DNA of 54,816 bases, taken from the NCBI RefSeq assembly GCF_001194135.2, contig NC_068997.1:17331124-17385939 (forward strand), in the 5' to 3' direction. Both the position numbers and the translations under genes were made by a program. A model generated the notes under the pieces. That model was not told where the DNA came from. It saw only the letters and a program-made list of their open reading frames with translations, and did not search any database. Below, in pieces: positions 42,030-54,810 of the stretch (positions are counted from its first letter, which is position 1; every line of letters starts with the position of its first letter). The stretch comes from Octopus bimaculoides. Taxonomy: Eukaryota.

Positions 42030-42461
42030 TGTATAAAATATTATAATGTGTGTGTGAGTGTGTAATATGAATATATTACATACATGGAGAGAGAAAGGGA
42101 GAGAAGGAGAGAGATATGTTGTTCAGATATTAAATAAATGAAACATAAAATACGAATTAAAATCTATGTTACTATTCAAAATAGATTAACAAAAATGCCG
42201 TCTTGTTTGAAAGGCACTAATTATAAAAAAATTACGGCTGTACTGTAAATGATTTGAAACAGAACAGAACGCTAAACACGAATTTTTCTGTTGAGTGATT
42301 AGCTACTGTGAGTTGCTAACACCCGCTGATATATCTGGTATATATTCTGTTTGTAATCCTGCTTACAGATGTTGCTTGTTTGAAATGAAGCCTCAAGGAA
42401 TGGTTTCGTTGATGTAATAGATAACATTAAGTGTAAACATACAGCGACAGAACGATAGAGA

Positions 42462-42504
<43 letters not shown>

Positions 42505-42622
42505 TGAGAGATAGAGAAAGATGGGAAAATAGAGAGTGAGAGAGAGGGAGGGTGTGGAGATTCTCTGCAAGAAAAATACACATTTATGTGTTCAAGAACG
42601 CACATGTGTGTGTAAGGATAAG

Positions 42623-43293
42623 TACATGTACGTGTGGGGATACATGTATGTCTGTGTAACGCTTGTATCGATGCATGTGTGTATGTATATATATCTATAT
42701 ATATATCTATATANNNNNNNNNNNNNNNNNNNNNNNNNNNNNNNNNNNNNNNNNNNNNNNNNNNNNNNNNNNNNNNNNNNNNNNNNNNNNNNNNNNNNNN
42801 NNNNNNNNNNNNNNNNNNNNNNNNNNNNNNNNNNNNNNNNNNNNNNNNNNNNNNNNNNNNNNNNNNNNNNNNNNNNNNNNNNNNNNNNNNNNNNNNNNNN
42901 NNNNNNNNNNNNNNNNNNNNNNNNNNNNNNNNNNNNNNNNNNNNNNNNNNNNNNNNNNNNNNNNNNNNNNNNNNNNNNNNNNNNNNNNNNNNNNNNNNNN
43001 NNNNNNNNNNNNNNNNNNNNNNNNNNNNNNNNNNNNNNNNNNNNNNNNNNNNNNNNNNNNNNNNNNNNNNNNNNNNNNNNNNNNNNNNNNNNNNNNNNNN
43101 NNNNNNNNNNNNNNNNNNNNNNNNNNNNNNNNNNNNNNNNNNNNNNNNNNNNNNNNNNNNNNNNNNNNNNNNNNNNNNNNNNNNNNNNNNNNNNNNNNNA
43201 TATATATATATATATATATATATATACTGAGATATCCATATACATCCATACAAGCGTTACACAGACATACATGTATCCCCACATGTACATGTA
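42623..43293. repeat. 51-bp inverted repeat pair flanking (TA)n and an N gap
   Basis: 42623-42673 versus the reverse complement of 43243-43293: 49/51 identical. Confidence 0.85.
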
Positions 43294-43415
43294 GGTGTGA
43301 GTCTGTCTGTGTCCGCGTGTCTAGTATGTACATCTGTGATTTATTTTATACGTCAAGTAATTTTCTTTAATACAAGCAGATTTGTGTTTAAAATAGCAAA
43401 ACCTTTTCTCATCAC

Positions 43416-43481
43416 CTTCATATTAACTCGAACGTCAAAGAGCGGGCACGTCTCGTGAAATGGTTCGGTTAGCAGTCGACT
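43416..43481 (-). CDS. Candidate 66-nt phase 0-0 exon (SRLLTEPFHETCPLFDVRVNMK)
   Basis: Acceptor cttaacttctttag| and donor AAG|gtgatg; only one frame is open. Confidence 0.3.
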
Positions 43482-43637
43482 CTAAAGAAGTTAAGGTAGT
43501 GCTTGGTCAATATGGGGAGATGACTGGTGTGGTTTCGGACGATGACTACACTGATCCATCACAGCTATCATCAAGCACATTGCAACTGCGGTTACATTAT
43601 CTTTTTATCGATTTACTCATCGGCCTTGTAGAGTTTG

Positions 43638-44012
43638 TTGCAGACATGGCTTTGTGTTAAAAGGCTTTCTTCCGAACGATATGGTTTCGGGTTCAGGCCA
43701 ACTGTACAATAATATCCTTCAGTCGACCAAACTTTTGCGAGTGGATTTGGTAGACAAAAACTGAAAGGAATCCGTCGTATCTATATGTATTTGTGCATTT
43801 GCGCATGCAAGTGCGTGCAAGTGTGCGTGTGTATGGGGTGGTTGTGTTCTACGTGAGAGCGTATTTCAGTGTCTCTCTACTTGACAACTGGTTCGACAAA
43901 ATGAGACCGATAGTATACACAAGGTATAAAATTAAACACTGCTGTCGATGTCTTTGGCTAACAGTTTCCAGGTTGTGCCGCAGCATGACTGCTGTAAGAT
44001 TCAGTGGAAGTA
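43638..44012 (+). mobile_element. SINE family A, degenerate
   Basis: gtggatttggtagacaaaaactgaaaggaatccgtcgta and tgagaccgatag blocks. Confidence 0.7.
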
Positions 44013-44456
44013 CATGATATATATACGTCTTCTTTATATGACAATACCAGATTTGATTCTTATTTTTAGCAAGTCAACCTGTAAGACGCTCCCCTGTTAG
44101 AATCAGTTATTATCTCGTAAAATCTTCTAAGTTTTAATTGTTGTTCAAATTTACCCCCAGATTACTCTGGACAGAACACAGTTATAAAAAACGCATTCCT
44201 TCACTTAGCAATGGAAAGCTTTGACTCTCTGTATCGTAGTAAGAGCCAGTCTAACAAAAAAAAAAAACCCCTGTGAACGAAGGCGTTCCAGGTGCGACAA
44301 TACCTTTTAGGTTCTAAGCAAACGGAAACCAAAATCTCATTACCTAGAGTGTTCTGTTTTTAAGAAGTTAAATAGATTATAATTTAAAAAGAATATGGGT
44401 GCTATTTTCTAAGAGTACTACGAACAGTAGAGAGGCATTCACTTTGGCACGATTAC

Positions 44457-44836
44457 TTTGAAATGATGGTAGTTAGTGAAGTAATTCGGATGGAATGAAT
44501 AGAGCAGGCAACGTAGCCAGGAGGAGGCCTCATCTCCTCAGGGATTAACACATACAGCTCGGCACCAAACGCCCGTACGTNNNNNNNNNNNNNNNNNNNN
44601 NNNNNNNNNNNNNNNNNNNNNNNNNNNNNNNNNNNNNNNNNNNNNNNNNNNNNNNNNNNNNNNNNNNNNNNNNNNNNNNNNNNNNNNNNNNNNNNNNNNN
44701 NNNNNNNNNNNNNNNNNNNNNNNNNNNNNNNNNNNNNNNNNNNNNNNNNNNNNNNNNNNNNNNNNNNNNNNNNNNNNNNNNTGTAGTTCCCCATGCTACT
44801 GAAGTCAGACAGATAGACAATCTTAGACGCCTTTGC
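44457..44836 (-). CDS. Candidate coding exon(s) interrupted by a 201-N gap
   Basis: GC-enriched open frame xVRAFGAELYVLIPEEMRPPPGYVACSIHSIRITSLTTIIS ending at donor AA|gtaatc. On the other side of the gap, acceptor ttttttcaatgtag| gives AKASKIVYLSDFSSMGNY, with an alternative acceptor at 44798. Product not recognised. Confidence 0.45.
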
Positions 44837-44932
44837 CTACATTGAAAAAACGTTCATCCTTTCAAATATGTGTGCGGAACATTGTAAGTATACGTTTTAT
44901 TATCTATGTGTAAGGGTATGTGTATTTGTATC

Positions 44933-44975
<43 letters not shown>

Positions 44976-45284
44976 GGGTTAATGTTTGGTTGCTTTTATT
45001 TCCATGTTTATTTACATTGCTAAATATCTTGTTTATGGCTGAGAGAAATTAGTCGCAGCCTTATCGCTACTGCTTCTCTCGTGTCAAGACTAACATTAAA
45101 AATTTTGAGATTTTGGACAGCTGCCTTCAACATGGCGTATCAAAAATAACTCTGTTGAGGTTTCAAACTGAATATAAATCTATTTATTTGTTGAATTTAT
45201 ATATATGCCTTTTTTTTTATGTCTCTGTCAAACTATATAAGTCTTTATCTATCACACTGACTGACTATCTGTATGTCTCTCTGC

Positions 45285-45390
<106 letters not shown>

Positions 45391-46029
45391 ATATATATAT
45401 GTTTGTGTGTTTGTGTATATTCTCATGTTACTTCTTTTAATTAATATATTACTATTAAATATTCTCTTAAGCTTGGTTTAGACCACTTTTAGAGCGACGA
45501 AGCGACCATCTTGTCTTTTCATACACAGTTTCTAACGAATTAAATTATTCTCCATATCCTTCCTTTTACTTTTATACAGCAGGCTTTTGTTTCCCAAGAG
45601 TCACTATACACTTTCTTTTTCATATTTCGTTTCAGGTATCATTCGGAGAGACATGAAGCCATCACCTTTTGACACCTTAGACTTTGCAATTCTTGTAAAT
45701 GTATCAATCCATTGCCCATGGCTCGCCAACTGATGTTACATCAACGTTGCAAAGTTGCCGCCTGGCAAGAAGTTTTTCTGTCGCCTACGGCAGTTCAGCG
45801 CATGTTTGTGAAGGTTTATGTCTGTCACACTGCTCCAACGTGTAGCACAATGTATGCTATCCATAACAAGTAGTAAATAGGTAGATGCTATTTTAATTTT
45901 TGATATGCACATTTATAATTTTGACTGAAGATGTAACTTTTCCAGCAAATGTTAAAAATATAAATGTTCGATATTTATACACCTTTCTCTGTCTTCGTCT
46001 GTATAGGTAACGCCTGGTGAATAGCTTAC

Positions 46030-46072
46030 CTTGAGGGGCTGATTTTCTTACATTTATCAAAACATCTTCAAC
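46030..46072 (-). CDS. Candidate 43-nt exon (VEDVLINVRKSAPQ)
   Basis: Strong donor CAAG|gtaagc and acceptor attaattaacag|; only the phase-0 frame is open. Confidence 0.3.
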
Positions 46073-46299
46073 CTGTTAATTAATCAAATTGGCAGCAAAC
46101 GATTCCATTTCAATTATTTAAACTTTATATCAACAACTTATAATTCAACCTAAGACTAATTTTTATTACATCCCATGGCACTTCTGCAAAATTTCTCCCA
46201 AAGCTTTATTTTATATATTTCTGGGTTAATTGCAATTGTGTTTAATATTCATATCATACTGAGTGTATTAACATTTTATTTCTACTATAGGTAGTTTGT

Positions 46300-46460
46300 G
46301 AGTAGGGGGCTATTTGATTACAACTCCAGTGCTTGATTGGTACTTATTCTGTCGTTCTCGAAAAGACGAACGGTAAAGTCAACACCGGTGGCATTTCAAC
46401 ACAGAACGAAAATGTCACTAAGTCTTTTGTCCGTTATGCTAACGATTCATTTAGCTCACC
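46300..46460 (-). mobile_element. SINE family B, degenerate
   Basis: ccagtgcttgattggtacttatt...gtaaagtcaacaccggtggcatttcaac...gctaacgattc. Confidence 0.65.
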
Positions 46461-46649
46461 TCATTAATTAAATATATTTAATATTATATCGAATATTATC
46501 GAATGTGATCTATTAAAATAAATCAAAGATTATGGTATATGCCGAAACACAGATGATAATTATCGATACATCGTTAAGCAGTCAAACATCGGCAACGAGA
46601 ATTTCGTATTGACTTAGAAACAAATGATATCACTAGAGTTTTCTTTTAC

Positions 46650-46718
46650 CTTCAAGTGTAAAAAGGCAGGAAAACCAAAGCAACTCATTTACATTCAGCG
46701 GTAAAGAGTACGATTTTG
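46650..46718 (-). CDS. Candidate 69-nt exon
   Basis: Strong acceptor tcttttgtttcag| and donor GAAG|gtaaaa. It is open either as a phase 1-1 internal exon (KSYSLPLNVNELLWFSCLFTLE) or from the ATG at 46688 (MSCFGFPAFLHLK, ending in phase 0). Confidence 0.4.
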
Positions 46719-47860
46719 CTGAAACAAAAGACATCTCTCCAAAATAACTAAAATGTTTGGGGAATTTGCTATTCAAACGCTAAGGACTAAGTAACGTAAG
46801 GGTCTAAATAATATAGATATGACGGATCTAGTATGTCTTGGTATGTAGTTTAATTATAAAGCGCAGATCCCAATGGGAGACTACTACGCGACATAATGCT
46901 GAGAGAGCAATAATTTGACTGTTAATACAATTGTGTTGTTGACATTACACTATTAGAGCATTTCTTTTTTTACTTTACTGCATGAGGGAACTGGTACCTC
47001 TGGGAACGAAGTAGAGAATGAAGAGTATGAAAAAAAAAAAACAATATTAAAAATAACATTAAAAGAAAAAGAAAAGAAATACTTATCATGATCGTTGGAA
47101 TTTATTCTTTAGTTATTATTTTTCTCAATATATATATATANNNNNNNNNNNNNNNNNNNNNNNNNNNNNNNNNNNNNNNNNNNNNNNNNNNNNNNNNNNN
47201 NNNNNNNNNNNNNNNNNNNNNNNNNNNNNNNNNNNNNNNNNNNNNNNNNNNNNNNNNNNNNNNNNNNNNNNNNNNNNNNNNNNNNNNNNNNNNNNNNNNN
47301 NNNNNNNNNNNNNNNNNNNNNNNNNNNNNNNNNNNNNNNNNNNNNNNNNNNNNNNNNNNNNNNNNNNNNNNNNNNNNNNNNNNNNNNNNNNNNNNNNNNN
47401 NNNNNNNNNNNNNNNNNNNNNNNNNNNNNNNNNNNNNNNNNNNNNNNNNNNNNNNNNNNNNNNNNNNNNNNNNNNNNNNNNNNNNNNNNNNNNNNNNNNN
47501 NNNNNNNNNNNNNNNNNNNNNNNNNNNNNNNNNNNNNNNNNNNNNNNNNNNNNNNNNNNNNNNNNNNNNNNNNNNNNNNNNNNNNNNNNNNNNNNNNNNN
47601 NNNNNNNNNNNNNNNNNNNNNNNNNNNNNNNNNNNNNNNNNNNNNNNNNNNNNNNNNNNNNNNNNNNNNNNNNNNNNNNNNNNNNNNNNNNNNNNNNNNN
47701 NNNNNNNNNNNNNNNNNNNNNNNNNNNNNNNNNNNNNNNNNNNNNNNNNNNNNNNNNNNNNNNNNNNNNNNNNNNNNNNNNNNNNNNNNNNNNNNNNNNN
47801 NNNNNNNNNNNNNNNNNNNNNNNNNNNNNNNNNNNNNNNNNNNNNNNNNNNNNNNNNNNN

Positions 47861-47916
<56 letters not shown>

Positions 47917-48266
47917 CGCATGCATGCAATCTTACATACGCACATGCATACATACAAATAGTCATGTATTACTATCGAGACTATCGCTTGCTATAAAATT
48001 CGGTTAATTTACTGAATGGTGACAACAAGAAAAAGAAAATAAATAATGAATATAATAATGTTTAGAAGAATCTCGTAATAACTTAAGAGCTGATTTTCCA
48101 AATATTATTAACAATGGTTCATATAAGTAGAGAAAAAAATATGCCAAAATATAAATTGACAAATAATATGAAATACAGTAACCACCCGAGAAACATAAAA
48201 ATAAAACGTTTTAAAACAAACGAATATGTATCATAAAAAAATATTCCTAATTTTCTATTGTTATAC

Positions 48267-48511
48267 ACATAAGCATTTTATTCTTATTGTTTAACGTTAT
48301 TCATATAAGTAACATTTTCGCATTATTTTCTTCTTTTATTTCTTTACACATACAAAGACACAGCCACGTATATATGTGTGATATATGCGTGTGTTTGTAT
48401 TGGCATATATACATACATTATATATATATATGTCGGTGAATTTGTCCGTGCGTGTATATATATATATACATGTATGTATGTGGGTGCATATGCGCACATG
48501 TATATATGCAC

Positions 48512-48549
<38 letters not shown>

Positions 48550-48556
48550 ATGCAAT

Positions 48557-48607
<51 letters not shown>

Positions 48608-49084
48608 NNNNNNNNNNNNNNNNNNNNNNNNNNNNNNNNNNNNNNNNNNNNNNNNNNNNNNNNNNNNNNNNNNNNNNNNNNNNNNNNNNNNNNNNNNNNN
48701 NNNNNNNNNNNNNNNNNNNNNNNNNNNNNNNNNNNNNNNNNNNNNNNNNNNNNNNNNNNNNNNNNNNNNNNNNNNNNNNNNNNNNNNNNNNNNNNNNNNN
48801 NNNNNNNNNNNNNNNNNNNNNNNNNNNNNNNNNNNNNNNNNNNNNNNNNNNNNNNNNNNNNNNNNNNNNNNNNNNNNNNACATAAGCATTTTATTCTTAT
48901 TGTTTAACGTTATTCATATAAGTAACATTTTCGCATTATTTTCTTCTTTTATTTCTTTACACATACAAAGACACAGCCACGTATATATGTGTGATATATG
49001 CGTGTGTTTGTATTGGCATATATACATACATTATATATATATATGTCGGTGAATTTGTCCGTGCGTGTATATATATATATACAT
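48267..49084 (+). repeat. Identical 205-bp sequence on both sides of an N gap (48267-48471 = 48880-49084)
   Basis: Base-for-base match; the second copy starts exactly at the gap edge. Confidence 0.92.
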
Positions 49085-49087
49085 ATA

Positions 49088-49253
49088 TACGACGGGCTTC
49101 TTTCAGTTTCCGTCTACCAAATCCACTCACAAAGCTTTGGTCGGCCTGAGGCTATAGTATAAGACACTTTCCCAAGGTGCCACGCAGTTGGACTGAACCC
49201 GGAACCATGTGGTTGGTAAGCAAGCTACTTACCACACAGCCACTCCTGCGCCT
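49088..49253 (-). mobile_element. SINE family A, 5' half, young
   Basis: gacgggcttctttcagtttccgtctaccaaatccactcac...cacagccactcctgcgcct. Confidence 0.92.
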
Positions 49254-49846
49254 ATATATGTATATATTTATTTATGTATTTCAGCCAAGCGGCTGCGGTC
49301 ATGCTGGTTCACCACATTCATTCTCAAATCATATTTACCTTACAACTTGACCCCAACCCCTCACTTAACGTCCCTTAAAATGCCTCTTTACAACAGTTAT
49401 TCTTTTTATTGTTGTTTTTCTCAGTAACTGCTGCGACCTGCATCAATTGATTATGAATATCTGTGATCAAAGTGTTGCCGACTTGAAGAAAATCTTATCG
49501 CATATATTTTTTTCATTCTGTACGATTTTTCGGAAGGTTTCATTACTATGCACAATCTCTCTTGATGACTTGCTTCAGCACTCTCAAAATGTCTGTGTAT
49601 TTAGCTGATTTAATTCCAGGTATCAAAACTTTTAATGACTGATATTGATGTGAATTAACCAATTTGAAATTCGCTATCTGATATAGAAAATTAATGTCTC
49701 TCATAATAATCTATTTCAAATTATTAATGCTATAACTTCGGATGCAATGGCTGGTTTTCTTTTATTTCACGATAGAAACAATTATCATCCAAACTTTACA
49801 AGGCACGGCTCGACTGATTCTTTCCTTACGAGATGAGCGATTATAG

Positions 49847-50099
49847 AAACACACCAGCATCGGTTGTCAAGCGATGTTGGGGGGACAAACACAGACACAC
49901 ATACACATATATATACATATACATATACATATATAAGACGGGCTTCTTTTAGTTTCCGTCTAACAAATCCACTCACAAGGCTTTGGTCGACACGAGTCTA
50001 TAGTAGAATACACTTGCCCAAGGTGCCACGCAGTGGGACTGAACCCGGAACCAAGTGGTTGGTTAGCAAGCTACTTACCACACAGCCACTCCTGCACCT
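49847..50099 (-). mobile_element. SINE family A, 3'-truncated, young
   Basis: aaacacaccagcatcggttgtcaagcg...gacgggcttc...cacagccactcctgcacct. Confidence 0.92.
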
Positions 50100-51266
50100 A
50101 TGCAGACTTATTTGCAATCAAGCGAAACAGAATTGTTTATGAAAATATGGATCTTCTTCACCACCTTTTAGAAAAGAATAGAAAGAGAATCTATAAATCC
50201 ATTTATTAAAAGTCCCTAACACGAATGCGGGAATGAAGAATCATCGTCGAACAAGAGACAGGAGCGGAATGCATGCAACAAATTCAACTCTAATAATGGT
50301 GTCCGAGCTCAACGACCAAGTTGTGTCTTAGTTGACGAACACGTACAAACGCTCTCACGCATACATATATACAACCATACACCTAATAATTAGATGCACC
50401 TAATTATAAGGGGTGATCACGATTGGATTTTCCCATGTGTCTATTTAAACATTAAAGTGATGTAGACAAATGATAGTTTAACACGCATAAATAGTACATT
50501 AGAACATGTGCACACTTTGACAGTTAACGTTGACAGTTCTTGAAATTAATATGAAAAATAACTAAAAAAAAAAAAATTATGAAAGAAAAGTCACCATCAA
50601 ACGCATTAAGGATAAAACCCATAAGTAGTCGCAGTAGCAGTTAATTAGAATCTGATGTGGCTTGTAATGATTAAAGTAAATTTATGACTTTATGGAATGT
50701 ACAACGAAAAGAAAAAAATGATTGAAAGAATGAAAGAGAAGGCCGATAGAAAAAGAACGAGAGGGTTGGAGAGAAACAGAGAAAGTGAGAGCGAAGCAGT
50801 AGGGTGAGTAAAGTAAACGCGTGTGTCTGTATGTATGTGGGTGGATGGGTGGGTTGTATACGCGTTTATGTATATTCGTTCGTGTAGTTTATGTAGTGTT
50901 ATGTATGAAGCTTATGATACTTTTGAGCGTTATATGCAAAACAAGGATATAACATACTTGAAATGTGTTTGCTTGTAATATATCCATATATGTTTTGTGC
51001 CCACGTCAAGAATTGTTTATATCAAATCGTAGAACAATCCAACTTTATCGTTTACTTCTGTCAGTCATTATATTCATTGAATTGACCCCAGTATCCATCT
51101 TAATTTATTTGTGCGGCCAATTTTGCCGAACGGATCTCTTAAATGATAGTCTCTCTGTTCATTTTCTGATTCCTTTCTGTTGAAGAGCGTAGGTTCGAAA
51201 CGTAAAAGACTTTCTCATTTTTCCGAGCGTCAAACTAATACACCTATCTTCGTCTTTTGTTTTTCT

Positions 51267-51682
51267 ATAAATTTCAGAACAAAGTTGTCATTGCGATAAC
51301 TGCTCGGAGGCCTACGGAAAGTTGTAGAAAGTGTATGGAAAGAAGCGTAGGAACTGCACAAAAGTATACGAGTGGGTCAGATGTTTCCAGCATAGCCGAA
51401 AAATATCGATAGAGACGAACGTTCTGGGAGACCTGCAGCCTGCAGAACTGAGAAAAATATCGCAGATGTGCTTGCGGCTGTGAGGAGAAATCGTTGAATC
51501 AACACCTGTGAGTTATCAGAGCATGTACAGATTAGTTACGGTTCAGTTAAGTCCATTATCACTGAAGATTCGAGTATGAGACGCGTATCTGCCAAGATTG
51601 TACCCAAATTGCTTCCAGCTGACCACAAAGACACTCAGGTATCATTTGCAGGAAATCTCCTTGGTTGTGTCGAGAACGATGA
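51267..51682 (+). mobile_element. Mariner transposase N-terminal fragment
   Basis: CSEAYGKL*KVYG...KVYEWVRCF...DERSGRP...ITEDSSMRRVSAKIVPKLL (WVPHEL-equivalent region)...ENDENFLK; stops and frameshifts present. Confidence 0.88.
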
Positions 51683-53394
51683 AAACTTTTTGAAAATTTT
51701 AGGCCTCTGAGCTGGTATCGCCAAGCTTTTGGGAAAATTCGATGCAGATTCTCTGCTCAAATTGCAGTCATGGTCAATGCAACGATCACACGCTACACGT
51801 CTTCCTTCCAAACACTGCTGTAAACAACGGAAGTGAGCTAGAATATTAAATCTTAGTGCGCGTACATAACAGCGTTCAAGGTCAATCTGTGCCAACCAGC
51901 TTTACTCTCTGTGCTTTTGCTTTGTTACTATGACAACAGTCCGGATACTTATTGATCAGACCACGTAAATCCATTTCTGAATTACTCAATAATTATCCCA
52001 TGATCTGAAGGCGAACTGCTTAACATACACAGCTAGAAGCAAATTCCATGTTCATGAATAAATTCTAAACAATAATATAAGCCGAAAATTTAACCAATAA
52101 CAATTTCTCTATAAGACCTCTCAGCCCACCCTATAACCTAATTTACTATTCCACACCACTTAGAGCTACAGACTCAAGAATGATTGTAACTTAACAGAGA
52201 CGATATAAAGTCAACATTAACTTCAATGCGATGCAATCCGATGACGGCTTAGCGAGCAGAAACTTCAAAGTTACTGTCAAAAATATTCTTGTTTAACAAG
52301 ATTATATTTTCCGTACATAATCTTGTTTTTGTTTTACTTATATTACTCTTTTTTTTTTGTAGAAAAATGGTCCCAACATATTCCTATTACTTTTATATTA
52401 TTACTACATAGCACTTTATAAAATGGTTGCTTAACATTTACAAGGTTTATGAAGGCCTCTTTTGCCCCTATTCTCTACCTATTTAATTTATTATTGAAGG
52501 CAAATACTCCTTGTGATGTTTCATATATTACTCATTATTCTCATGTTTGCGATATACTTACTTATCACACACCACTCTTAATTATTCTGCAAGGATTAAA
52601 AGTGACATCTGGGTTATCTTATTTGAATTCGTTACCTCGAAAGTCTAGTCTATGTTTTAATTTAGCCGTCTAATCTATTCTGTCTTGATCTCTCTTGCCC
52701 TCTGTAACATTATTTATTTTACATTGCGTGTTTAGTAGCTAGGAGACAACAAGCATATAGAGAGGAGTTTAATTCACTTTTATCATTAGTAATTAATATG
52801 TTGTGCTGTTCAGTTTTTCTCCACTGCAACAGGCTTATAACTTCCCAGCTTATAACTTCATATTGGCATTTAAGTTTTTTTTTTTTAAATTTGTTATTTG
52901 AGTTATTTTAGTCTTCTGTAGGTTAGTAATTTAGCTGCTAATAATACACCGTAACTGTTGGAACGAAACATCCTATTCAGTTATTGTGGTGTCAGGTTGA
53001 AGTCTAGAAAGAGAAATGTTTAACATGTCATGGTATAGATAAATTTGACATACTTCGTACCATTTATTATCACAACAAGTAATATCTACATTACTATTTT
53101 GTTATGAACGGTGTTGATATTTAAACCCAAGGCAATCTCTCCATAAGACATGTTGGTCATAGGCACATTAACTATGATTTTCCTATAGTCAGGATTACCT
53201 AGATCTATGCTGCTCATTTCTTCCTGTCTTATGATAGTAGATAACAGTTTCAATGAAAATTTTATGTTATATTTAAGAAAGCCCTGCTGTGGAAGTTGAC
53301 ACCTGATTTATTCTCACCATTACTCTTTGGGGTCGTCATGGTACCTTACGGGAAGCACAAGTGAACACATAATAAAACACAGACTTAAAAATCA

Positions 53395-53925
53395 GCGACA
53401 CACTCTGAAATTCTTCGGCAAGAATGAATCGCAGGTTCAATCACTGCTCGAAACTGTTAACTGAAAAGAGATTAGAATGGAGTTTGGTATTGCAAAGAGT
53501 GCAACCCTGATATGAAGAGAGCTAGACGCGTACATGGTTGTGGGATTGAGTTACCTGATGGAGATTCAATCGGTTACCTAGAGAATAGTGGATACAAATA
53601 TCTGAGTATTGTGGAGATGGCCAAAGCTTCGAATGAGAAGATGAAATGAAATGTGAAGCAATTCTGTCTACACAGGTTAGAAATGCTACTGAAAATGAAC
53701 TTGAATGAGAACTTGATTACAAGTGCCAAAGTCTTAGCTGTAGTATTTATTAGATAAAGTGCTGCTAGTTTGAATCGAACTAACAAAATGATAGATAAGT
53801 TGGATAGGTTAACGCGAAAGAGAATGGTTGACAATGGCAATTGTTTTAAGTCTATATACGCCGCGGGACGCTGGAGGACAAGGACTTTAAGTGCGAAAGA
53901 TAGTGTGACTTTTGAAAGCATGCCC
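53395..53925 (+). mobile_element. R4/Dong-like non-LTR retrotransposon, RT C-terminal/thumb fragment
   Basis: LKFFGKNE...MEFGIAKSATL...GIELPDG...GYKYLSIVE...KLDRLTRKRM...LYTPRDAGGQGL; frameshifts and stops present. Confidence 0.82.
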
Positions 53926-54669
53926 GTGGATATATTTTCTAGATGTTTACTAGAGAGATTTTGACCCCTTTTTCACAAGTGCAGAGGTTGGTAGAGTCAT
54001 ATTTATCCCTACATTCTATCGCTGCAACTCGATGCAACACCAGAAAGTGGTTCACCAGTCAGCATCATTAGACTGTGGCCGGCAAAATAGGTTTATTTGT
54101 AAATACAAAACGTTTCCCGTGAAGAAAATTAAAACATAAATATATATGTGTGTGCGCACGTGTATATACATATAGGTTCAGAGATGGTTGTGTGATACAA
54201 GTTTCACTTTCCGACATGGTTATCGCGCCCAGCTCCATTACGCGGAGAGGATAATTCTATAACTTCGTTAAACCGAAGAACAGCTGGAAGTGCTCAGGTG
54301 ACACCGAGGTAAAAAGAGAAATTAATTGAAAGGTATAATTGATAAACGCTCCAATGGGTTCTGTTCTGGTTACCTTACACTTTATTTTTTATATTTATAT
54401 TCTTGTACTTTTACACGTTAATATTATTTTAACTCCATTGCCTTGAATTTTTAGTTGCCTTTATTATACATTAATTTATTCCATATCATTTTCTTCCTTC
54501 CACTTCACTCGTATTACTCCTTTAGGTTTTACCATCTTTTAGTCGTGTATATGTGTATGTTTTATACTGTTGGCTTTTGCCGTTGGGTGCCCTATCGTTT
54601 TAATATAAGTTTATATTCGATTTTTGATAATTTGAGAATGATTTAAAGTTGTCTGATCGGTTGGAGCGT

Positions 54670-54810
54670 TTAGTATGGTAACTTGCTTGCTTACCAACTA
54701 CATACTTCTGCGTGGCACCTCGGGCAAGTGTTTTTTACTCCAGCTTCGGGCTGACTAAAGCATTGTGAGTGGATCTGGTAGAGGGAAACTCGGAGAAGCC
54801 CGTTGTATAT
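54670..54810 (+). mobile_element. SINE family A, 5' half with a small internal deletion
   Basis: cttgcttaccaac...ctgcgtggcacctcgggcaagtg...gtgagtggatctggtagagggaaact. Confidence 0.85.

Noticed and set aside
45636-45694. IIRRDMKPS resembling the kinase catalytic loop IIHRDLKPSN
   Set aside because: It lacks the His and Asn and any downstream DFG; the frame stops after about 31 codons.
51683-51895. Cys-rich minus-strand ORF (86 aa) adjoining the mariner fragment
   Set aside because: No recognisable domain or donor site, and its C-terminal part is simply antisense mariner sequence.
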